Positions 54,070-63,779 of a stretch of DNA of 63,779 nt are shown here, one piece after another (the stretch's first letter is position 1; every line of letters starts with the position of its first letter). Source of the DNA: Octopus bimaculoides. Its lineage: Eukaryota. Location of the stretch: assembly GCF_001194135.2 (NCBI RefSeq), contig NC_068982.1, positions 25,623,163 through 25,686,941 on the forward strand, given 5' to 3'. The notes under the pieces are model-generated. The model saw only the letters and a list, made by a program, of their open reading frames with translations. It did no database searches and had not been told where the DNA came from. The position numbers and the translations under genes were made by a program.

Positions 54070-54305
54070 CAGCAATTCAAATCCTTTGTGCTTCCACGAA
54101 TAAGAAAGTGATTTTACGGTCGTAGCTTCTTTTTCCCGCGCACTTCCAGATTTTGGAACTCTCTTCTATCACATTGTTTTACCCCTTCTTATGATCTGAA
54201 CTCTTTCAGGTCTAAAGCAAATGATTTCCTTTCATCTTAATTTCTCTTTCTTCATAACCCCTTACACTAGATGTCTTCTCATATTGAGACTTTCTAATAA
54301 AAATT
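54070..54305 (+). mobile_element. Jockey-group LINE 3' end
   Basis: SFVLPRIRK*FYGRSFFFPRTSRFWNSLLSHCFTPSYDLNSFRSKANDFLSS*, then a short UTR ending AATAAAAA. Confidence 0.65.
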
Positions 54306-55467
54306 GAGTTCATGCTCTATGACTAGGAAATCTAAAACTTTGTTCCACGCGATATAATTTAATAACATACGCTAGTAAATATCTGCGCGCACATATTTTC
54401 GATTTATTTTCACTTTTAATATTTTCACTTTCTTTTAAAACAGGTTCACATTTATTCAATAATGTATTCCAAGATCTTGAGTATTTTTATCGCATATCAC
54501 TTTAATTGGTGTGTGATATATAAATAACGTGTGAAACATAATGTGCTGTATGACTCCAATCATTTCATGCAATTTTTCTGAGAAATTCAATAAAACACCC
54601 TTCTTTCTTTGTACAGGCAAGTTACTTCTAGAATGTGATTTTTGATAATCGGCACATCTTGAATGGGACACCTTTCCAAATGTATATAAAATAGCAGTCA
54701 ACTAAAGTTTTCGCAAGTTAAATACCTGTAATGGTTTACAACTTTATAACTATGTTTCGATATCCAGTTATTTCACATTACAGACGAGACTAATACACTT
54801 ACAATCATTCAAAATTCAGATATCCCATCTAACTTATCTCAAATTAAAATATGTTGGTTATCATTCTCTCTCAGTATAAAAACCGATATTATATATGTGG
54901 GAAGATGTTTTAATGTGTCACAGAGTGAAAGAAACGAAATAACTTCAAAGAGGAAGCTGAAACTTCATTGCGACTTTCCTATTTAAAACTAATTGACACT
55001 ATTTCTGCAGAAAGATAGCATTTAAATTACTGTAATAAACTCTGTCATAAGCTCCTTTTTAAACTGCAAATATATTTCTCTATTGCTTTTGTTATTTCCA
55101 TTTAATTTACTTGTTTGCCTTCATGTCGGCCCTCAGAGGGCATAGCTATCCGTGATCATCCTCATATTTTCCCTACATTATCTAATGTCTCTATTTTAAA
55201 GAAATTAATGTTATTTGAGGGATATTTTATTGCTATTGGTAACCGATCAAGCCACCACGAAGAACTTCTCTCAATGGTCTGTGAACGCTTTAGTTGCTGT
55301 TGATTTTGTTTAGCTCTGATTCAGTTTCTATTGAGCCATCCCTTCCATAACGATCAGTTCATCTTCAAGCACACACACACACACACAATCAATTTTAAAT
55401 CAACCACGCAGCATGTAACAAACATTGTTTCCTCTTTATCACACACTCTCACTCACCCTCATTTGAC

Positions 55468-55805
55468 AGGCATGGCTGTGTGGTAAGAAGCTTACTTCCT
55501 AATCATATGACTCCGGGTTCAGTCTCACTGCGTGGCACCTTGGGCAAGTGAGTAGATTTGGTAGACGGAAACTGAAAGAAGCCTGTCTTATATATATATT
55601 TGTATGTTTGTGTCTATTTGTCCTCCCCACCATCCCTTGACAACCGATGTTGGTATGTCTATGTCCCCGTAACTTAAGAGTTAGGCAAAAAAGACTGATT
55701 GAATAAGTACTAGGCTTACAAAGAATAAGTCATGGAGTGAATTTGTTCGACTAAAACCCCTTAAGGTGGTGTTCCAGCATGGCCGCAATCAAATGACTGA
55801 GACAA
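55468..55805 (+). mobile_element. SINE family B with internal deletion
   Basis: Head and tail present; segment missing after gggcaagtg. Confidence 0.85.
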
Positions 55806-55912
55806 ATAATAAATTATTATATGCAGCAATCATAACGATAGAGATTAAGGAGTCTATTCATTTCCTTTTAATTTACCATGTCATATAGCATATTATTATG
55901 GTTTCGCCGACC

Positions 55913-55993
55913 TACACGTGTTACCGCTGCACAGAAAATTATGCCCGGTTGAAAATTAAACAGCTCATATTCTTTGCAGCGGAAACACGTGTA
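55913..55993. other. 81-nt hairpin (24-bp stem with 2 mismatches), TA at both ends
   Basis: tacacgtgttaccgctgcacagaa ... ttctttgcagcggaaacacgtgta. Confidence 0.8.
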
Positions 55994-56288
55994 ACCATCA
56001 AAAGATGCTGTATGACATTGTAAAATAAAAGGAAATAAGTTTTAAGAATGTAACTATCTCCATAATTATTGTCGTTATAATTATTGCAAATATATCCTCC
56101 ATATAATATTAACGTCCACTGAAGCGAACACAAAATTACCCATCGGAAAAATTTACAACGTGAATGACAACGCCTAGTAGTCTTAGACTTTAAATACAAA
56201 TTGATGCGGGTAGCCGTAATCTAGAACATAACTGAGAGCTCCCACAGTACCCGCTCGGATAATATAGCTCACTAAACCCAAATATATA

Positions 56289-58960
56289 TTTTTCTCTAGT
56301 TTCAGCTCAGAGTTGAGGCCATGCTGAGGCACTGCCGTTTTGCTACACTGTTATTATTGAGAGCATCCTCTAATATATGGCATTTGGTGAATAAGGGGGT
56401 TGATGTCGCTACACTCATTTGCACCTCTTGTCACGAGGTAAGTTCCTCTGGGACTCTCAACAGTAGGAAGTCCAATTTTGATTTGAAAATATCTACATCC
56501 ACTTTGTGTAGTGCCCTCAGGGTCTTTGGGAGAATATTAAAAAGCTGTGGGCCCTTGAAACCCAGGCTGTTGCAGTAACCGGTCCTGAAACGCGATGGCA
56601 TTGCTGAGATCTTTGGCAATGTTCAATATTGACCACTTCTGGCATTGGTGTAGCTACTCAATACCAATATTTGGCACAATTCTTTCCAGGATCTTCCAGA
56701 TGTATATTACTGCTTGCCTCTCCCGCCTTCGCTCCAAGGAGTAGAGTCTTAGCTGTTTCAGCCTTTCCTAGTAGCTGAGCTGTGGCAATGAGACGATCTA
56801 TTTATGACGCTTCGCTGGATTGCTTCAAGGTCCGCTATTAATTTTACACTGTTGGGTGACCATAGCGGCTGAGGACGATTGTCCTGCAGAGGACCATCAT
56901 GGTTTCCTTTTCTCTAGTTCTGAACGTTCTCAGGATCTATCCAGCCAGTCGTCTGCACTTTGTCGCCATCCTGGTAATGTGCACTTGGAAAGAGGTATCG
57001 TCACTCATGTCGATACCCAGGTCCCTCACTGATTTAGGATTTGGGATTGTAATCTCCTCTGGACCAGTGTACCCTGTAAGTTTTATATTCCGTTTTGGAT
57101 GCTGGAAGCGCAGGGCTTGGAATTTTTCTGCATTAAACTGCATATTATTATCTTCAGCCCACCTGTAAATTGAGTCAAACTCCTGCTGCAGATGTGCAAC
57201 CTCACTGCGTTCTGTATTTTCTGCGAGACTTACGTATCGTCTGAGTAGCTAGCAAGAGTGGCTATCCAGGAAGCTGAGGACATATCTGAGAGGGCCACTA
57301 TGAAAATCAGTGGTCCCGAGACAGTGCACTGTGAAACACCGCTCACCATTTGTGCTTTCATTGAGAGGGCTCCATAGGCCACTACTGCCTGACTTCTATA
57401 TTTCAGAATGTCATGTAACCACTCCCAAAGTTTTTCAGCTATGCCAAGATCACCTATGATCCACTTTATCAAAAGATTTTGCAAAGTCAACGTATATTAA
57501 TTACCTCTACATTTGAGTTGTTGAGTGACTGCCTCAACACTTATTCCCTATGACTATCCATTCCATGACTTTGCTGATGTGTGAAGTCAGAGAGATAGGT
57601 CTATAGTTTTTGACATCTGCTTTACTTCCTCCTTTATGGATTGGGCATATTATTCCCGCCTTCAGTTTGCTTCTCAGCCTGCCATTTGCAAGAAAGTTCT
57701 GGAAGAGGAACTGCAATGGTTTCACCAGGGAACGCTTACACGATTTGAGGGGGATTGCTAGGAAACCATAAGGACCAGCAGTTGAGTTTGCGTGTACATC
57801 ATTTATGGCTAGTAGTATATCTTCTTCGTTAATATTGATGTATTCCATCGTAACTATCTCGCTGGTTATAGGCGAAGCGGCAAAGAAATCCACTGGTCTA
57901 TTCATTTGTCTGTGTTCCAACGGGGTAGTAAAGACACTTTTAAACTGGTCATTCAGTACCTCACTGATCTTGGTTGGACTCTTTGTGAGTGAGCCATCCT
58001 TCTGGAAGAGGGGTCTTATTTGCAGCATACTGAGGCTGTTTCTTTGACATAGTGAAAGAAGGCCCTTGGATTTGACTTTATGTTTTTTATAACCCAGGCT
58101 TCTTTGTCTGCTCTCTCTCTCTCTCTCTCTCTCTCTCACATAGGATTGTTGCAGGCCTTTTTCAATCTCTACAAGTGTTGTTTTTAGGCGGAACCTTTAA
58201 CTACTTTTAGAATGTTGCTTGAAGCGGTTTGCAACCTTTGTCCGTGGTCTCCTGAGGATCTTATTCTCCCTTGGAGTCTTATTCCTTTTTGTTTGAGTTT
58301 GTGCTCTGGGACATATTTCTGGTATATGGTTTGCATAATAAACATGAAATATTCTAGTTTCATGAAAATGGCTGGTGTGGAGAGACATTTCGGTCAGTCC
58401 CGTCAGTGGATCTCTTTTTGGATCGGTTTCCAATCTGCTTTCTGGAAGTTCAGATTGGAGAGATTTTGGGTGCTTCCTTTAGAATGTAGGTCTCTAGATA
58501 CTTTTGGTCCATACATAGACAGCTCTATTATGGTGTGTATCCGAAACTAATGACGGCGTCACTTTCACATCATGAACGACGCCCGTATTGTTTGTGAAGT
58601 AGAGATCCAAATTGTTAGAGATCCAAATTTGCCCTAGTTGGTCTGAGAACAACCTGCTCCATGAATAGGGCATTGGTGAGGTTAAGCAGGGACTCAACCC
58701 GTGCTTGTTTGCAACGAGTCATTCCTGAGAGCATGAGGTCTTCGAGCCATTTGACATTGGGGAAGTTGAAGTCAACCATAAGAAATACGCTCATGTGGTG
58801 TTCTAGTTTCATAAGAAAATTTTAATTCTTGTGAGGTAAACTTCAAACTTGCCTATGTGGGTTGAAGCATCCCGTGTGCGATATGTATTGCATATGACTA
58901 TATTGTGTCGTATGTATACAATTAGAGGGCCACATACTGAATTGCAGTTAAACCTGGTGT
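56289..58960 (-). mobile_element. CR1-like (jockey group) LINE, near-complete decayed ORF2 plus 3' tail
   Basis: EN (MVDFNFPNVKW, LDLYFTNN), RT (NYRPISLTSHISKVME, GVSQCTVSGPLIF, SYSDDT, MQFNAEKFQAL, VRDLGI), C-terminus (NSLGFKGPQLFNILP..FKSKLD); (CT)n inserted at about 58110-58138. Confidence 0.9.
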
Positions 58961-59543
58961 ATGAAGTCTTCACGGCTGTATACAGCAACTCTACCATGGC
59001 TCCGTTTTATATATATATATATATGTATATTTTCACTTGTTTAAGTCAATTGACTACAGTCATACTGGAGAACCGGTCTCAGTCGAAAACATTGACGCCA
59101 GAAGTTATTCTTTGTAAGCTTAGTACTTATTCTATCGGTCTTTTACTATATACCTAATTATAATAAGGGACTGGTTATAAGCCTCTCCACACGCTAGAAA
59201 ATAGACGCCAACATGCTAGTACCACCTTAAAACTCCGAAAAAATAAAAGACGGGCTGTAGTAGAGTAAAAGAAAGATAATAAATTAAACTGATTTTTTAC
59301 TCGGCTGCAGTCCGTTGTATTTTTTCGGAGTCTTTAAAGTAGTTCTAGAGTCTTTTTGTGCCTATTTTGAAGTGGATGGGGGGGGGGGTGCTTATAGCCG
59401 ATCCCTTGTTATAATTACGTATATAATTATTATAATATTTGTAAAATTTTTCTATAAGTTATTTTACTTCTGCACTGACACCTTGGTAAAATCATTAATG
59501 ATTTTATACCCTTCATTTTAAAATATATATACATATATACTGC

Positions 59544-59918
59544 TTTACTTGTTTCAGTCATTTGACTGCGGCCATGCTGGAGCACTGCCTTTAGTTGAGC
59601 AAATCGACCCCAGGACTTATTCTTTGTAAGCCTAGTACTTATCCTATCGGTCGTTTTTGCCGAACCGCTAATGTTACAGGGACGTAAACACACCAGCATC
59701 GGTTGTCAAGCGATGTTGGGGGGACAAGCACTCATATATATATAAATATACATATATACGACGGGCTTCTTTCAGTTTCCGTCTACCAAATCTACTTACA
59801 AGGCTTTGGTCGGCCCGAGGCTATAGTAGAATACACTTCCCTAAGGTGCCACGCAGTGGGACTGAACCCGGAACCATGTGGTAGGTAAGCAAGCTACTTA
59901 ACAAACAGCCACTCCTGC
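59544..59918 (-). mobile_element. tRNA-derived SINE, family B, full length
   Basis: Head ggagtggctgtttgttaag..gggttcagtccc (A/B boxes), internal (TA)n, tail ggcagtgctccagcatggccgcagtcaaatgactgaaacaag. Confidence 0.9.
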
Positions 59919-59934
59919 ACTTGTAGGATACAAT

Positions 59935-60430
59935 ATACTCTTTTTACTCTTTTACTCATTTCAGCCATGCAGCTGTGGACATGCTGACTTCCTCAGTCTT
60001 TCTGACTTCCTTAGTCTGAGTGTTTCCCGTCACCACTCTTGTATGTGCCTTTACCTCAGCTGTTGGTACATTTGTTATATAAAAGAGTTTGATTCCGCTG
60101 GTGTGTACCTCATGTCGGGCTGTTCGTTCATTCGGTATTGTGGAGAGGAGGATGTCTAGTTCCTTTTTCAAGACGTCTACTTCCACGTTATGCAAATTTC
60201 TTAATGCTTGTGGCAGGGCATTGGAAAGATTTGAACCCTAGACTATTGCAGTACCTGGTCCTGAATTTAGATGGAATGTATGATATATTTGGTACAACAC
60301 AATGCCGGCCAGTTCTGGCATTTGTATAACACTCAATGTCAAAGTTAGGTACTAGCCATTCTAGGATTTTCCATATATATATTATTGCATATCTCTCACT
60401 CCTTCGCTCCAGAGAGTAAAGCTGTATGCA
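59935..60430 (-). mobile_element. CR1-like LINE 3' fragment (diverged subfamily)
   Basis: YSFTLERR-like segment, HNVEVDVLKKELDILLSTIPNE, and the same CAGCATG(G/T)CC..GCTGAAA tail as at 56289. Confidence 0.7.
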
Positions 60431-60733
60431 TGTTGTTTATTTCGGTCCACTTGTATACCAAAAACACTTTGAGGTTGTGTTTGATTCTCACCAGCCCATT
60501 TATCCTCAGCTGTTGTTTGGTTGTTGATGATGTTCTTCATATTTGTTTTTAATTCGAGCGGGGTGATAGCGGTTGAATTTATGTGTGGCTGTTGGCAGTA
60601 TTTTAGTTTGTTACGTTTTTTGTTTGTCCTTTTTTATTTTTCTGATAATCTTTTTTGTGTTTTAGGGAACTCTGCACTTATTTTTTTTTCAAGTCTTGAA
60701 ACATACCACTATCAGTTGTCAAGAGATGATGAG

Positions 60734-60772
<39 letters not shown>

Positions 60773-61489
60773 CGGGCTTCTTTCAGTTTCCGTCTACCAA
60801 ATCCACTCACACGGTTTTGATCAGCCCGAGGCTACAGTAGAAGCCACATGCCCAAGGTGCCACGCAGTAAAACTGAACCCGGCACCATGTGGTTGGTAAC
60901 CAAGCTACCTATCACACAGCAACTCCTATATGTATGTATGTTTGTATGTATGTATGTATGTATGTATGTATGTATATATATATATATATATATATNNNNN
61001 NNNNNNNNNNNNNNNNNNNNNNNNNNNNNNNNNNNNNNNNNNNNNNNNNNNNNNNNNNNNNNNNNNNNNNNNNNNNNNNNNNNNNNNNNNNNNNNNNNNN
61101 NNNNNNNNNNNNNNNNNNNNNNNNNNNNNNNNNNNNNNNNNNNNNNNNNNNNNNNNNNNNNNNNNNNNNNNNNNNNNNNNNNNNNNNNNNNNNNNNNNNN
61201 NNNNNNNNNNNNNNNNNNNNNNNNNNNNNNNNNNNNNNNNNNNNNNNNNNNNNNNNNNNNNNNNNNNNNNNNNNNNNNNNNNNNNNNNNNNNNNNNNNNN
61301 NNNNNNNNNNNNNNNNNNNNNNNNNNNNNNNNNNNNNNNNNNNNNNNNNNNNNNNNNNNNNNNNNNNNNNNNNNNNNNNNNNNNNNNNNNNNNNNNNNNN
61401 NNNNNNNNNNNNNNNNNNNNNNNNNNNNNNNNNNNNNNNNNNNNNNNNNNNNNNNNNNNNNNNNNNNNNNNNNNNNNNNNNNNNNNNNN

Positions 61490-61540
<51 letters not shown>

Positions 61541-62015
61541 CGGTTGATTGTGATTTGAAGGACATGCAAATGCTATTTCTAAGAAGGCAAATTACCATGA
61601 TTATATACTAACGAATATATTGAAATGTTCTTAATTCGTAGTGCTACATTGTACTCATGTTCAAGATTTTTCAGTTTCTCGTGGACGGCTTATCTTACTA
61701 ATAATATTTACAAAGTTTGTTTTGTTTTTGTGTGTAGCTAAATCGAACGATCTAGATTGAAGTAGTACAATTGCATTGTGAAATGAATGTCATTTAAGGA
61801 GATGTAAACTAGATCAACCAAGTTTCTACGCCGCTCTAAATAACTTATATGAAAATTAGAAACACTTGATGTTTAATAAGCTATAGCAAATTATGTACCG
61901 TAGGTACTCCAATGAATGACCTTTACAATTTTATTTTGAAATGTTATTATATCTTATCCATATCCCGAGTAGTTCTTGAAAGCTATCCATTGTAATCAAA
62001 AACTATCACTTTTCC

Positions 62016-62172
62016 AGGCGTAGCTGTGTAGTAAGAAGCTTGCTTCCTAGCCACATTGTTCCGGATTCAGTCTCACTGCCTGGCATCTTGTGCTAGCGTC
62101 TTCTACTATAGTTTCGGGCCGACCAAAGCCTTGTGACTGGATTTGGTAGACGGAAACTGAAAGAAGCAGGTC

Positions 62173-62251
<79 letters not shown>

Positions 62252-62455
62252 TGCTTGTCTGTGTTTACCCATCCCCATCACCGCTCGACAACCGGTGTTG
62301 ATGTTTTTATGTCCCGGTACCTTAGCTGTTCGGCAAAAGAGAGAGATAAAGTATAAGGCTTTAAAAAATAGTCCTGGGTCGACTTCTTCGACTAAAATCC
62401 TTCAAGGCGGTGTTCCAGCATGGCCGCAATCAAATGACTGAATCTAGTAAAAGAA
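62016..62455 (+). mobile_element. SINE family B, full length with internal (GT)n
   Basis: Aligns with the 59544 copy; flanked by a 49-bp duplication. Confidence 0.9.
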
Positions 62456-63779
62456 TAGACCGAGTAGTTCTTGAAAGCTATCTATTGTAGTCGAAAGTTA
62501 TTATTTTTCTTATTTTGCACTATTTTTCCCAAATTGCATATGTCAAAACATATTTAATTGACTTCTTATATATGCTGACAGCAGAGAGAGTTTTCTGAAT
62601 AGAGATCTGAAACGTTCCTTTTAATTTCCTTGTCAAAAATTCCATTTTCTTTGTTGAAGTTTAAGTCATCGTCTGATAACTTAAGACTTCAAGTTATCGT
62701 CTTAGTAATATTACATTCAAATATAAATATTATTAATCTCAATATATGATAGCAGCGTTTACCATGAAATGGCAATAAATAATAGACCTATAAGAAAAAC
62801 AAGAATGGCAATTTAAGTAGCTTCTTTTTTAAATATTCTCATTACATTTCATTACATTTTGTTTATATTTCAAATCTCTAAAGCCGAAATGATTTTATAA
62901 ATCAAAGTTTCTAATTCAGTCTCGTTATAGAAATGAAATTCAATTAAAAAATTAAATTAAATCATACATATTTATTACTTCACCAACAAGAATACAAATT
63001 TCAACGGATTTATCATTCTATACAAAAATTTAAAGAAAGTCATAGGGGATAAAAAAATTATCGTGCTTCTCTGAAAATATTATTGATTTCAGCTAATGTC
63101 AAGCTACAACAATGAAGGGTGGGAATATAATGAAGCAAATCAATCTTAGTCCCTTCCTGATAGGTATTGTGCAACACTGGGAAACAAGTAAGATGAACCT
63201 AAATATCATTAGGCAATCAGCTACTGAGTCGCTCAGAACTATGGTCGAATCTTGGAAAATTGTACAATTGCTGCTGTGTTGATTTTGGTTAGGGAAATGC
63301 AAAAGTTGTGTGTAATCTTACGCTGCTAAGTTGAACATTAGATTCATCTACACACTCTCTGAAAATCACAAAGTTTTTGGCCTCCGGTGTTCATACTATG
63401 GTTAGTTTCCGTAAACAATTAGTATACTGTAATCTTAAAAGAAAATTAATAAAATGTGTGTGTGTGTCTGTATAATAATAATATGCATAGCCTGAGGACG
63501 CACTGGTGGATTTATGTATGAATTATAGCCTTAATACACACTCCGCCAGCGCAGATACACGTGTTGCTATTACTTGTACTACCTTCTTTCCCCACAGATT
63601 AATAACAGGTAAGATGTATTTATTTAACTAATTTTATTTTATGTTAATTTAATTATATTTTTGATCTAATTTTCTCTGCGTATACCATACCATGAGGTTA
63701 TCCTGAAATAGGAGTTGCTTATCTATTGGTAAATATCACAAATTTGTAAGATACATATATATATATATATATATATATA

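Overview
AT-rich eukaryotic genomic DNA with about 5.3 kb of N gaps, almost all abutting microsatellites. The dense simple repeats and tRNA-derived SINE families look like a coleoid cephalopod, probably Octopus (inference from recalled repeat sequences, not a database search). Most of the window is repeat-derived: at least four SINE-like families, decayed non-LTR retrotransposons (Tx1-like, R4/Dong-like, RTE-like, CR1-like, jockey-like), two decayed mariner transposase copies and several short TIR elements. One convincing host coding exon is present (46806-47525, +, 239 aa), with an upstream splice acceptor and a plausible poly(A) signal. Its low-complexity product carries Akt/14-3-3, calcineurin and PP1-type short motifs, and I do not recognise its family. 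The most interesting structural observations are a ~440-bp almost spacer-less foldback, an RTE-like element with a precisely inverted 5' part (twin-priming geometry), a 3' tail shared by a SINE and a CR1-like LINE, a candidate 11-nt microexon and a pre-miRNA-like or mini-MITE hairpin. No rRNA, true tRNA or CRISPR is supported. All alignments were done by eye.
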